From Phoronis australis (Eukaryota; Animalia; Phoronida), in contig NMRA01000018.1 in NCBI GenBank assembly GCA_002633005.1, positions 1,313,531 to 1,377,530 of the forward strand: DNA of 64,000 nucleotides, given 5' to 3'. Below the pieces are notes generated by a model. It saw only the letters and a program-made list of their open reading frames with translations, was not told the DNA's origin and did no database searches. This document shows, piece by piece, positions 1 to 12,558 of this stretch. The translations under genes and the position numbers were made by a program. The stretch's first letter is position 1, and every line of letters begins with the position of its first letter.

Positions 1-355
1 TTCACAAATCCTTGTATTAACTAATGTTAAGCCATGGTGGTCTCCATTGGGACTGGACGTACGAGTGATGAAATGGCTCCCTAGTTGTTGATTTACATCT
101 ACAGTAAACGAATTGAAATGTTTACATGCCTCAATGTAAAAGTTTTATTAGCTGTGTATCTATATTATGCGAATGTATAACTATATATTAAATGTTATCA
201 CATAACTTTGATCCTGCAAATGACATTTGTGTCCAACTATTTCTAGGCTAAATATCAAACTTGGCAGACAGCATATGACTTTAAGGTAATCTCTGCTCAA
301 ACATTGTTACGTTAATCAGGGCAATGTATTTTAAAACATACTTCACTTGATTCAG

Positions 356-3300
356 GAATTCTGCCAGCGAAACAGTTGAACAGGAACTGCTCTTTGTTGG
401 AAGTGAAGCTGGCAAGTTGTTGGCAGTCCGTGATATTTTTAGGAAGGTAAGTATTGTAATTAGCTCTGGCGTTATGGTTTTGTATGTTGTGACTGAATGT
501 GGATAAAACTTGGTATTTTTGAGTACATTATACAAGGGGGAATAAACAATTGGTCGGACTTCAAAACCAGCTGGCTGGACTGCAAAACCCAGTGGCTGGT
601 GTTCTAACTTGGTGGTCGGACTTCAAAACGGGATATTCGGTACCTCAAAACCAGATGGCCACACCCAGAAAACTGGATGACTGGACCTAAAACAGGTTGA
701 GTGGTGCTCAAACACAGTGGCAGAACATATCACCAGCCAACTGATTATTGCATTGGCTATTGTGTTTTGGGTCCAGCCAACTAGTTTTTTGGTGAGGCCA
801 TCGCATTTTGAAGTCCGTACAACACGTATGATCACCAGCCATTTGGTTTTGCATTCCAGCCGAATAGTTTTAAAGTCTTAGCAAGTGGTTTTGAAGTCTG
901 ACCAATTGTTGATTCCCCTTGTTATAGTATACATGTGCATGTATCTGTAAGAGTCCATGAATTGTATTTGATATGTCTTCTTACATATGCCAGGAGTTTG
1001 TGGATTGCTCTAAGAAGTTTAATGTTGCATTCCACCCTGTTAAGACGGCTAAAAACGATAATCAAATTGGGCCCTTCACTATCATAAAATTGGTCTCATA
1101 ATATTCCTTAACTCATCACGTGACCTATTGAATATAAGTCTGAGAAGATTTCTGTCCCCAACCGGGCTCGAACCCTGGACCGTCTGCTAACTGTGCAGAT
1201 GCTCTAGTCACTGAGCCATCGAGACTTTTGTTCACTAGGTCACATGATGTGGCCAACAGGTGGTGTGCAGACCAGACTTAAAATGTTTGTGATTCGTTAC
1301 TATGATTAGATTCTATTTCCATTGCTAATAAGGTAATCGAAACCATCAGTGACTTAAAAAAACACTTCCGAGTTGATTGGAGTTTGTCAATCCTAAAATT
1401 GTCAATTTGAAAATGATGCATTCAGGGTGCATTCATGGTGCATTGCCTGTGACTTGAGTTGGCAGCAAATTTGTCAGTGATTCAAGATGGCATGAGCATG
1501 GTAATGTTTTTAAGCCTGGAAATGATTAGATTAATAATTTAACATTGACAGATGCAGTTTCAAAGTGAATTGTTTTTGTGAATTTATTTAATTTAGTGCA
1601 AATATTTTTGAATTGTGCCAGTTTTATTTCTTATATTTCAACTTTCACTTATTAATTCATTTCATGTGTTCCATGACACTTTTCTTTGGAGCAAAAGCAG
1701 CTGAATACAACAATTGTGAAAAAAATTAATCATGTAGGGACCGTATCCCTTTTATGATTTTGGGTGATTTTGTAGGTTTTCTTTTTTTGTAAGTGTTTGA
1801 TGTGTTTCTTTCTTCAGCTATGCCATGAATTGATTAAGTTTTTAAATTCACACTCACTAGTTCTCTTTCTGATATTTTCTCCTGTTTAGAACACTGAAAA
1901 GCGTTTCATCAATCGATAAATGTTACTAAAAGCAAAACGTGAATTTTCATAAATTAGTCTTTGTGTGTTTAACGGGTATTGAAAAAAAGAAGTTGGTTCA
2001 CCACCAGAAATTCAATGTGATTTTGAAAATTCTGTATTTGATTCTGGTTAGTTTGAAAACAATTTATTAAGAGAGCAGAGTATGTTTGACATCTACATTT
2101 TGGTGTGTCATTTTGTCATTTCACCACTTACTTTTCTTCATGGTAACATTTGCATCCTTTATTCCAGGGGTTCCACCCACCAGTTCTTATATTTGTACAG
2201 TCTAAAGAAAGAGCCAAAGAGCTCTTCAGAGAGTTAATATACGACGGTATCAATGTTGATGTTATTCATGCTGATCGTACACAGACGGAGGTTAGTAATG
2301 AGGGTTTCAGTTTCCTCGTGTGAAACTAGTGGTAACAGCACTTGATTCAGTTACCTTTATTAGAATTGACATGCTTAGGTCTAAGGTCATAGGGATTGTG
2401 TGGATTTTAGTTTGTAAGCCTTCAAATTTCTTTAAGTTCTGTTTTAAGCGATTTGTAAAAATGTAAGTCACGAATTAGAACTTAAAGGAATTTGAAAACT
2501 TTAATAAGTTCTTTTCATTCTATTTTACAAATCATTTTTATTAATTGATGTGTATTGTGCCATTGTACCAAACCAACCCCAAAAGAATCACTGACACATC
2601 TAAATGACCAATCCCCAAAGTGCACTGAAAACAGCAAGTATCTATAGGGCGTGACCCCCAGCCCATGGAGCAAAACTTTGGGCTTTCTTTGGTTTGGTTT
2701 TGATTGTATATGGTTGCGCTTGGATCAGTGTGCAATGACATCTACGACATGTTGGTATTGAAATGTTCATGTGTACTGATTGACATGTGGAACTTTGTTT
2801 TCCAGAGAGACAATGTCGTGAAAGGTTTTCGCTCAGGTGCTATCTGGGTTCTGATTTGTACAGAACTAATGGGTCGTGGTATTGACTTCATAGGAGTCAA
2901 CCTGGTCATAAACTATGACTTTCCAACCAGCGCTGTGACCTACATCCACAGGATAGGTAGGCAGATGTTACCGTACCTTTCATGTTAAGGCCCAAGGTGT
3001 TCAGATTGAGACATTCAAAAATCAAAAGGTTGGCGTTAAGGCTAGGATGTGCTCATAAAAAGATGTTTAAGACGTTTACCCAAAAACTGATTTCAGTATA
3101 CATTCAGACAGTTTCGTTGATGTCAGCTATTTCACTAGTAAACACTCAACAAGACATCACCTGAATATAGGCCATACATTGTTTGCTTGTCTTATTAAGC
3201 GAATTGTGGAGTTTTCGTAGCTGAAATTCTCGGACATTTATGTTGGGGATGGGTGTTGAGCTGATGAATATTGTATATACACATTTGTATTGTGACGGGC

Positions 3301-5007
3301 AGAGAGTTCACAATACACGCGTTCTTATTGAGTGCACAAAAGTTGCTGATGCTCTTGCCATTGCCTTCACACATAAATTCTCTTGTTCAGTTGCATCTCC
3401 CGACGACAGCTGTGCCCAAATCAATCTAGTCCATTATTAAGTGTTCGCCCACTTGTTGGTCCCGCATCATGACTCGCACGCCAATTATCTACCATGCTGA
3501 ACTTGTCTGTTTCAATTGAAATACTGGTCATGAAACCAAATCTAATTACATCGGTTTTGGATAATTTCTATCCTTAATTTCTTTGAGGAAACATAATCGT
3601 TACCTACGATTTTGCGTGAGAAGTTCAAGTTCAGAAATATTACTCAGTGTATAATATTTTGCAAACATTTTTCAGCTAGTATTTTTTGCTCTAAAGTCAT
3701 CGTTAATGATCGCCCAGTTTTCTTTAGGTGCTCAGTATTGCACAGTTTAGATTACAAATGGTATCATTCAGAGAATAAGTAATGTGCATTTGACTACAGT
3801 CTATGAATGTCTTAACATATTTGTTCTGTAATGATTGTTGGGCTGGAAGCATTTATGGATAATAATAAAAAAATGAAAAATGTCATATACTAGATGGTTA
3901 ATGCTAAATCTAAAATGTTGCTGGAATGATTCACACCAGGTAAGTTCTTAGTTTGAAGGTATTCAGTAGTTTTCTTTCTTTTTAGGGAGAACCGGCCGTG
4001 CTGGGCACAAGGGCAAAGCTATCACGTTCTTCACAGAACAAGATTCTGTATTACTAAGAAGGTGAAATCTCTGTCAATCTATGAAGTACAACGTCCTTTA
4101 CCACATCTTAGTCTCGTGCTGCACTGTCTTTAAAAACCATAGTTGTTTTGGTCAATGTTTTAAAGTGCAACCCTTTGTTAGTTTTCCTAATAACACCTGA
4201 TGTCACCACAGTCTGAATGGAGGCCACTAGTTGCTGTACAATGGGAGGCTTCTCTGCTGCTTCCTTGGTTTATTTCATTTTGAAGTTTTGCTATATTGAC
4301 AAATTAGCCCTGTGTTTTATTGTTATAATTTACAACTTGTCATTCAGTGATTGTGGATTAAAAATAAACAGTTTCTGGAGTTGTTTTTAACAGAAACCAA
4401 AAATATAAAAAGTATCTCTTTGTCAATGTTGACACATGGCAAATTGTTTTAGGAAAAAGGAAGCGTCTCTATGTAGTGGCTGGCTGATTGTTTAGTTCTC
4501 CATGTTTTAATGTTATTCTAAGAGACTTATCAGTCATCTCAATTTTGTTATATTTCTAGCATTGCCAATGTAATGAGAGAAGCAGGCTGCCCTGTCCCTG
4601 AGTACATGTTGGCCTTGAAAAAACCCAGCAAGTGAGTGAGGAATTGCATGTTAGAATCAGTGTTCGAGCTTCAGTAAATAAAAGTGCAGGCCCGCCAGAC
4701 CAGTTATTTCGAATATGAGACCACATCTACATCAGGTCTAACGTGAAAGTTTACAGGCCCAGCCGCTAATCCACTGGCCCTGAATTCAATTTCTATGGAT
4801 GTTAAACAGAAATTCTAAAATAGGAACTCTTTGAGAGAACATTCAAGAGATTTGTTTCGATTTTTCAGAAAAGCCAAAAAGAAGTTGGCTAAACGCGCAC
4901 CAGTGAGAGAATCGATCAGTACTGCTCCAAAGAGCGAGTACCAAAAAGCTCGAGACAAGTACAGGGTGAAGAAGACAAGCCATAAGACACAGAAATCCGA
5001 GTCATAA
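356..5007 (+). CDS. DDX52: DEAD-box RNA helicase DDX52/ROK1, 3' part (5' exons lie upstream of the window)
   Basis: Exons 356-446, 2168-2290, 2806-2956, 3986-4061, 4560-4631, 4869-5007 are bounded by AG/GT with consistent phases. Spliced product: [25 protein letters not shown]...[39 protein letters not shown]...[13 protein letters not shown]...YIHRIGRTGRAG...[17 protein letters not shown], the characteristic DDX52 C-terminal helicase domain. Stop TAA at 5005-5007. Confidence 0.93.
531..923. mobile_element. Foldback/MITE with about 40-bp terminal inverted repeats and internal ggacttcaaaacc-type subrepeats
   Basis: acaagggggaataaacaattggtcggacttcaaaacca (532-569) is nearly the reverse complement of tggttttgaagtctgaccaattgttgattccccttgt (885-921). 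Located in a DDX52 intron. Confidence 0.7.
1154..1225 (-). pseudogene. tRNA-derived sequence (SINE head or tRNA pseudogene)
   Basis: Minus strand reads gtctcga-tggctcagtgactagagc (A box)-a-tctgc acagtta gcaga (anticodon-like stem)-...ggttcgagccc (B box)-ggttggggac. The T-stem is imperfect and the anticodon loop non-canonical, so it is unlikely to be a functional tRNA. Confidence 0.6.
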
Positions 5008-5129
5008 ATGGAACACGGGCCCACTGTCATGTGTCTGCCATTCTTGGCAAGAAATTGAAGCGTGGGTCATAATGTGTATGTAGAATGAAGAGAGCCCTAG
5101 CTACACAGATACAAGACACCCAAACATTT

Positions 5130-5403
5130 GTGTGCGCAATCAGTTATGTGACTTCACAAACCTGCACTTGCGAGTGTATAATCCAAAATATGAGTGGGCA
5201 GTTTAAAGTTTCGAGTTTACCAACCTACGGATTTGACTGCTTAGATCATTTTCGAGGGCACTATTGGTAACTTCGGCTTACTAAGTAATTTTCTCGCTCA
5301 AATCCGTAGGTTTATAAACTGAAATTTTGAACTGTCCGCTCGTATGTTTGGACTGCACACTCGAAAGTGCAGGTTTGTGTGCTTGTACACCTGATTGTGT
5401 GCC
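5130..5403. repeat. Long imperfect palindrome (foldback MITE) in the presumed DDX52 3' UTR
   Basis: Left arm cacaaacctgcacttgcgagtgt...gtttaccaacctacggatttga pairs with right arm tcaaatccgtaggtttataaac...acactcgaaagtgcaggtttgtg; arms are about 110 bp each. Confidence 0.75.
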
Positions 5404-7495
5404 TTGTAATAGTCACACAAAAAAGATCGGGTCATCCTTGAACTATAAACTGAATTTTCCATAAAGTGATCTCATTGTACATCTATTTAAAGAATGTTAC
5501 TGATCACGTTATTTTCTATTGCCATATTTTCTGTTCAAATCTTTCAGCTTTCAAGTTTGTTTAAATCAAAGGACTCCAATTAGAAGGCTTTTTAGCTGGT
5601 GTCCATTAATTTAAAAGGAAATTTACAGAAATGTAAAAGAATGTTCTGAGGTCAAGCCTATTTGCATGATGAATCAAAAAACAGTTTAAATACTATCATT
5701 GTACTGTAACAGTTAAACCACTTGAAAGTTCATCTTTTCTGCATGCATCAGCATTGGCTCTCATTTTTTGTACCTGCATAAATCCAACGTAAAGTTAACT
5801 AGGACTAGAAGATGTTCAGTTTCTGTAATACGCGTCCTGGGTCTTTCCATCAGTAATTTTCAGTGCATCTCGGCTGCTTTACAACTTGTACTGAAGAAAT
5901 GTCTGTATTTGTGAAAAAATTCACTCGACTGAATTTGCAAATTCCGATCAGAGCTTTTTAATTCAAGAATATTTTTATAGAGTCCGTGTTTTATGATTGC
6001 TCTTCATTTCAGTGTTTTTGTAAATTTCAAAATTTCAGCAAAATTTAATAGCAAAACACTTTTACTTTTTTCCTGTTAGTGTATTTTTCAACAGATGTTA
6101 TAAAACCACCAGACTGTGTTGCACATGTAGTCAAAAGTTTTAAAACGTGCCTGGTATACTTAACGTTCCTCTCCCAAGTTACAGCTGGAGGTTCATTGCT
6201 ATGGATGATATGCATTGTATATACTGTATAGATGGATTTGTTAAGTAATCTTTATTAAATAAAGATGTAATGACAAAAATTTGGAACAAGTGCATTTGTA
6301 TGATAATGTGCCAAATGTGACACCAGGGAGAGTTCACCCCCTTTTTATAAAAATTGTCATACCGTGGAAGTTATAATGTAAAGTTTCTAGATTGTTGTCT
6401 TATTGGAAAGGTTACATTTGAAGTAACTCTATTGGCCTTTAAAGACTAACTTAACGGAATTTTGTTATTTTAGATGTATTGGGCTAACCAGATAGTCCTA
6501 GCAAAACCTTAGTAAATAAGAAAATGAGAGTTCAATCATGCAAATGTTAGGTGAAGCTGCCTTTTCGTGCCATGTTGCATCACAGCGAGATCCCAGCACA
6601 AACAACAAAAAGCTGATAACAGTTGTATTGAATAGGGTCTGAACAGAACACCATTGTGTATGGGTGTTATTCGCAGCTGCTCGATTTAAAAGGTGATTCT
6701 TGTGGTAGTGGGCTCAGAACAATGCTCTTAACATACTGTAAGAACCAAATTTACTGGTGTAACCGTTGAAGATAGGCTTTAACAAAACTAAGCTTAACTA
6801 CAAGTATTTTCAATCGCTTATCTATTTTGGAAAGTTAAATTTATTCTGACACTCTAAACTAGCTAAGATTGTAAAGTCTACTTGACTAATAACCTATGTC
6901 TCAGTATTACAAACTGTAAACTTTTGATTATGATTGGACGGTTGGTTGGGTGCGAACTTGCCCCATCCAAAGGGGGCAGTTACTGCAACAGCACTTGGAA
7001 TAAAACGTGCCATCGTGAACGGCTAATGAAACCAAACTGACTAATGGTCACTTTTACAAAGAAACTTAAACCCAATACATAAAACGAAAAGAATGCTTGC
7101 GCAGGTACATATGATAATTTGTATCCAAAATTAAATGGACACTTTAGAAATCACTTATTAATTTTAATTTAGTGTGTCAGCAGCAATTGTATGACATCAC
7201 AAAATTGCAGCTTATATGGGGGGTTGGGGGTGTGGAAAAACTCCTGGTCTCCCTTCCAATTAAAAGTGGCATAACCCGGTACATACATAAGTCAAATTTT
7301 CAGTTGACACATTCTGGTTGTTCAGTTTGTGCACTCGGCCCTTCTGATAAGTTGGGTTTCGCCTTACTTGAATGAAATCTCGGTTCAGTTAGTTCAGACT
7401 TGCACAAGTTTTGCTTGTAAATAAGATGAGTTTAAATTTTGCCAAACACAAACGTCTCAGAGTAGTACAAAAACAGTCAGCACCACAGTCCTCCA

Positions 7496-9553
7496 TTACT
7501 GAGTTGAAGGTCCATATTTATAATAATGTGGTGCTAATGAGTACAGCCACTCTGGTTGAATCACTGTGACATCGCGCATGTAATCCTTAGATGTCTGTAC
7601 GATTTCATTGAAAACGACCCACTTCGCTGGCTGTTCCGTGTACAACACTGAAGTAGGATGAATATGAAGACTATGGTTCTCCCTCACGCTCTTGTACACT
7701 CCTGAATAGTGATACTGTGCTGCGTTAGCAAATAGTCCCGCTGTAATACAGCGACAGATGGTTTCAACATCTTCGCAGGACTTCGTCTTCACTTTAAATC
7801 TGGACAGGATTCGTTTCAGCTGCTCCCTGATTTCTAGAGCTCGACACAATCCTTTATAGTTGAGAAAGTGTTCATGACACCAGCGGGCCTTCTTCTGAAA
7901 CTTCACAAATGTGTTGAAAATATTCAACATTGAGATATGATCACCTTCTGCTGCAGAAAACTTACGCCTAGCTTTCTCCATTGCCACCTTCTGTCCAGGA
8001 AGAGTGATAAAGACATTCTGAATCTGCATCATGGAGACTATGGTCAGGGCTTCTTCTGTGCATTCCAATTCTTCCGCAGCCAATAACATTTTGGCATACA
8101 TGGGATTGAGTGGAAACTCAGCCATGCGAAATCCCAATGGGTTGGTCAGTTGTCCAGCATCATTCAATACACCGAGAGCAAACAGCAGTTCAACCCCTTG
8201 TACCATGTTCTGAGCTGGTGGTGCTGACAAGAAATGGAAACGCAAGATGTTGTCAATCCCGAGAGCTTTCAACTGAAGTACAACAGATGCCATGTTTGTT
8301 CGCTGCATTTCCGGCACAGTGTTGACATGTAACTTTCTGAAGGACTCTTCTGTATATAGTCTGTAGGCTTTACCAGACCTCACTCTTCCAGCGCGACCGG
8401 CACGTTGTTCAGCAGAGGCCTGAGATACAGGAACAACTACCAATGAATCGATTCCTGTTTTAGGGTTGTATGCTCGCAGTTTCACAAAACCACAGTCAAC
8501 AATGTAGCACACACCATTTACAGTAATAGACGCCTCAGCAATATTGGTAGCCACCACAATTTTTCTTGTAGAAGATCCAGTTCTCTCAAAAATCTTCATT
8601 TGCTCAGAGTAAGGGAGACTGCCATGCATGGGAAGGACTCTCATTTTCATGTGGCTGCCGCTATTCTTCAACTGCCTGGCTTCTTCAATTAACATGGAAA
8701 CTACTCTTTCAACTTCATCCATTCCTGTAAGAAACGCCAAAATATCTCCTGGTTTCTCGTTCTTGTGTATTTTCATAACTGTTTCAACGGTGCATTTCAA
8801 ATAGTCAGGCACTGGGTCCAGACAGTAATGAATATCCACAGGAAACATTCTACCCTCCACTGACAAAATAGTCGCAGTGTCCCGACTCTTCTCGTTTGAA
8901 TCATTTGCGTTAAAAAAGTTCATGAACATTTCAGCATCTAAAGTCGCTGATGACACAATAATTCTTAAGTCTGATCGCTTCTGTTGAACCTTTTTAAGCA
9001 GGCCTGCGACGATATCTGTGTGTAGCGTGCGCTCGTGAGCCTCATCTAACATAATAACACTGTATTTTGACAACAATGGATCCTTCATCATCTCGCGTAC
9101 TAACAATCCATCAGTTAAGAACTTGATTCTGGTCCTTTTTTCATCAGAGCAGTCATCAAATCGAACACAGTAACCAACTTCATTTCCGAGAATAATACCC
9201 ATCTCTTCAGACACTCTGTTGGCCAACATTACAGCAGCAACTCTTCTAGGTTGAGTTACAGCTACTGTATAGCCTTCACCAGCCCATCCTGCTTCATAAA
9301 GATATTGGGGGATTTGCGTGCTTTTGCCACAGCCAGTCTCACCAACGATGACCAGAGTCTGATACTTCTCCAGCAAGTACAGAATGTGATTTCTGTGTTG
9401 AAATACCGGCAGTTTGGTTCTCTGTTGACTGATGGAGAGAGAAGCATTTGGGTTGTAAACAACAGTAGACTTCTCCTCGACCCTGCTTCTCTCTTCACTC
9501 AACCCTTCCCCTGGAGCAGCTGTGCCTGGCTTCCAGAACTTAAAACTAGACAT
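7496..9553 (-). CDS. DHX35: DEAH-box RNA helicase DHX35, single-exon CDS, 685 aa
   Basis: Uninterrupted ORF with N-terminal KFWKPGTAAPG, SISQQRTKLPVF, GETGCGKSTQIPQYL, TQPRRVAA, DEAHER, SAT, QRAGRAGR, then HA2 and OB-fold regions. The FWKPG N-terminus and lack of long extensions fit DHX35. Confidence 0.93.
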   Translation of the reverse strand: MSSFKFWKPGTAAPGEGLSEERSRVEEKSTVVYNPNASLSISQQRTKLPVFQHRNHILYLLEKYQTLVIVGETGCGKSTQIPQYLYEAGWAGEGYTVAVTQPRRVAAVMLANRVSEEMGIILGNEVGYCVRFDDCSDEKRTRIKFLTDGLLVREMMKDPLLSKYSVIMLDEAHERTLHTDIVAGLLKKVQQKRSDLRIIVSSATLDAEMFMNFFNANDSNEKSRDTATILSVEGRMFPVDIHYCLDPVPDYLKCTVETVMKIHKNEKPGDILAFLTGMDEVERVVSMLIEEARQLKNSGSHMKMRVLPMHGSLPYSEQMKIFERTGSSTRKIVVATNIAEASITVNGVCYIVDCGFVKLRAYNPKTGIDSLVVVPVSQASAEQRAGRAGRVRSGKAYRLYTEESFRKLHVNTVPEMQRTNMASVVLQLKALGIDNILRFHFLSAPPAQNMVQGVELLFALGVLNDAGQLTNPLGFRMAEFPLNPMYAKMLLAAEELECTEEALTIVSMMQIQNVFITLPGQKVAMEKARRKFSAAEGDHISMLNIFNTFVKFQKKARWCHEHFLNYKGLCRALEIREQLKRILSRFKVKTKSCEDVETICRCITAGLFANAAQYHYSGVYKSVRENHSLHIHPTSVLYTEQPAKWVVFNEIVQTSKDYMRDVTVIQPEWLYSLAPHYYKYGPSTQ

Positions 9554-9570
9554 GTTTTACACGCTTAATC

Positions 9571-9780
9571 CTAAAGACGGACACAAACTATTACTTGTTT
9601 CCCATCAAGTGTTCCAGCTCTCCAGCCTCCTGCAAAACGACTCACAAAAGTTTGTCAATAGGTGGCGCGTGTACCATAGTACAAAATTTTAACGCAGGGT
9701 GGCGTGTTTGGTTCGCCATCTTGCCTTGCAAGCGGAGAGAATTCCAAATTTTTGATAAAGCTGTTCATCATTATACGGTG
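9571..9780. promoter_or_regulatory. Putative compact bidirectional promoter for DHX35 and the zinc-finger gene, including a candidate 75-nt DHX35 5'-UTR intron
   Basis: Minus strand has donor GTGAGT at 9645-9640 and acceptor ctttAG ending at 9571, 17 nt before the DHX35 ATG. The patch is locally CpG-rich with ggtggcgcgtgt and ggtggcgtgt repeats, a YY1-like CGCCATCTT at about 9714, and a plus-strand donor-like G|GTGGGT at 9777. TSS positions are inferred. Confidence 0.45.
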
Positions 9781-10445
9781 GGTGCATTGTTTTGTTTGAA
9801 GAGACACGTGTCAATCAGTTTTAGAGAATGCCAAATTTACATCTAAAGCAATATATCATGTAAAATTACGTTATTGTCGCTGTAATATCATCAAGTTGGA
9901 GTCGCATTTGAGCGGGAGACAACTGACATTTTCAGCGAATATCCATTTTTTTATCATGTCCGAAAACCAGGGCTTGTTTTATGAAACCACGCCGGCCCTT
10001 TTTGCACCAATTACCACATAGCAAATCTAACTTTATTTGACACCCGACGTTATTCATTTTATATAGATTATAATAAATGAAATTCCGATGCATTTTTTCC
10101 TTTATCTCCCCTGACCAGGAGTGGCATCCCTTGCCTTGGTTCAAAGTGACAATTTTCTCCCCTGTTGATGTTGTTGATGCTGTCTGCTATACTTCTGTTG
10201 AAGATGTTCAAAAGTGACAAATTAATTACAATTGTGCGGTGTTGTCCTAGAAAATATAATGGGATATGCAAAATATAAAGAAGAACCAGGGTGTAAAAAC
10301 TCCTACTTAGTTCAATAGGCTACTACTACTATAACAAATTTCCCTATTTTTTGTTTTGAGTTGTTACAGTCAGTGACTGTCAGTGACTAGCCTAGAATGC
10401 ATTAGTGTTGTGAGTGAATGTTAGTAGTTAGTTAAGTTAGTATAC

Positions 10446-12260
10446 TATCCTGGTAGAAATGTCTTCTTTCTGATGATATTAATATTTTGTACAATAAATT
10501 AAAAAACAGATAATTTTGCTTTTTTCTCAACTAGTGTTTAGACTTACACTACGGCCTATCATTACACTCGCCTCAGTAGGCTCAGTACATCAGTTCTAGG
10601 TCATTGAAGTTGAACTCAAAGTCATTCCATATCACACAATAAAAAGGCGTCAAAGAGTTAAGACTTAATAAGTCTTTCAGATCATCAAACATCAACCAGG
10701 CATTAAATTCAATTTCCTTTGAAAGGTTTTATTTTCAGATTTGGTACAATAACAACACAGAAAAGTAAGGCCTCATGGTAGCCAGGATAAAAACTGTGGG
10801 TAGAAGCTGGTCAAATAAAATCTGACACAAAATTAGAATCATTAAAAACCACTGTTCCTTGAGTAAAGCATTGATTGTGGATGGTTACGATATTACTATT
10901 GTACCGTTATTCTGCTGCTAACTGAAATTTACTATTAAGCAGCTCTCAGCACCATGAAATAGAGCATCATCTATTGGCCAATTTCTTTTTTGGCAAAATC
11001 TTCAATCAGCCGTTCTTCCATAATGATGCGTTATCAGCAAACCGAATTTCTGACCACTTTCCTTCACATCTGCGCACCCAGCCTAAAAAATGGGGGGGCT
11101 CGAATTTTTGAGGATGTGGACCTTTTACTAAAAAAAACGGAATACGTTATCTGACAGTCATCAAGTGTCGGTTGTGTTTGGTCTGGTGGCACCAGGTATG
11201 GAGCACCTGGTTGGCGGTAAAATCACTGAATTTCGGATAAAAATTAATTGCCAAAATTAACCTTTTTTCGTTTTCAAAGGTTCCTAACATTGTTGGCAAC
11301 GTCCTTAGTTTCTCAAATTGTTGGATTGTGGTATGAAGCTTTAAAATGATAAAGTAATTAGTTGGTAGTGCCTTTGTTTTATCAAAAAAAATTCAGAAAT
11401 TAAATTCAAAGTGTTGGCTGTTAAGTGGATCCTAAATGGGTGAGAATTTACCGTAAACGTTCTTTAATCTTCGAAACTGAAAGTATTTTGGTGGACCAAA
11501 TTTAGTGAATGTAGATAAACCATGAACATTAAGAAATGACACATTGTTTAACCAACACTCAGTAAAACCTTGTATGATGAATTTGCTGATTGAGAGCATT
11601 TTACACTCCTTTTTTCTGTCAAACAATTTTAGAGGAACACCAAGAAATAAAAGAATTAAATGTAAGTGCAAAACAATTTTAGTGTCTCTGGTGTTAAGGT
11701 AAATTTGTTTTGTTGCTAGTCTACATACAGGTAGCTGGCCAATGGCCACTTTCCAACCAGCACATCCACCACAAGACAAACACGGAATGTTTATTAGCAA
11801 TATTAGTACAAAGAATTTCACAAAAAGCAATTTATAACCACAATACAAGTGTATACTTGTCTCATACCCATGAATGAAAAGTAACTGTTTAGGAAGAATA
11901 ATCCAGTGTTGCCAATAATATTTTGTTGCAGCTTTTGACCTATCGCTGGAATTCATGTCACTTAGGGTTAAGGTCACCATCAGTCAGTGTTCAGTGCAAC
12001 TTAATTTTTATGTTGTAACTGTTCCAAATCTGAAAATAAAACTTACAAAAGGTGTTTGAATTTGGTGTCTGGTTGACGTTCGATTAACTGAATAAGTGAC
12101 CGATAAATCTAAGATACAGGCATCTTCAAAAGCTGTTACTTAGTCAGTCTGGAACTGGCATAGGTGAGTAAAGAAAAACCAAAAAGTAACTGCTGAATTT
12201 GGGTTAATTTTATGCAGCATGCACATCATCAGAAAGAGGAAGAAATTTTCTACAAGGCTA
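10446..12260. repeat. Old diverged inverted duplication (arms about 10446-10770 and 11998-12260)
   Basis: gttttattttcagatttggtacaataacaac (about 10726) is inverse to gttgtaactgttccaaatctgaaaataaaac (about 12012); gtagaaatgtcttctttctgatgat (about 10453) is inverse to atcatcagaaagaggaagaaattttctac (about 12225). Confidence 0.6.
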
Positions 12261-12558
12261 TTAAACTGATGCTGTGGATTTGTCAAATGCTGACAGTTGC
12301 TCACTTTCCCCAAGAAGGTTCGGTTAGTGATTCAAAACTGGCATCTTAATAATGTTCACTCACCTTAAAGAATAACTTCGTACAAGTTGGGATACATGTG
12401 TTGGGTTTTTAGTGATAAATTTAGAAAACATTTCACCTTGATTTTTGATGTGCGGGACTGGCATTGTCTCTGAGAGATTTGTCTGGTTTATAATCAAGGT
12501 CCTTTGTTCTTACTACACATTTTTAAACTGTATTTATTTGTTTCAGATTACAGTTGCT

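Noticed and set aside
34-84. MVVSIGTGR resembling the DDX52 VSIGAR segment, and a box C-like GTGATGA
   Set aside because: In-frame stop immediately upstream and no good acceptor; no matching box D or terminal stem for a snoRNA.
1154-1225. Functional tRNA gene
   Set aside because: Mismatched T-stem and no U33 in the anticodon loop; treated as a tRNA-derived relic.
8031-9568. Short antisense and alternate-frame ORFs overlapping DHX35 (similarly 13775-14164 and 18670-19008 in the zinc-finger gene)
   Set aside because: Shadow ORFs of real coding sequence, with no motifs.
11432-11980. 182-aa minus-strand ORF
   Set aside because: AT-rich composition, no recognisable domain or splice context; likely a chance ORF.
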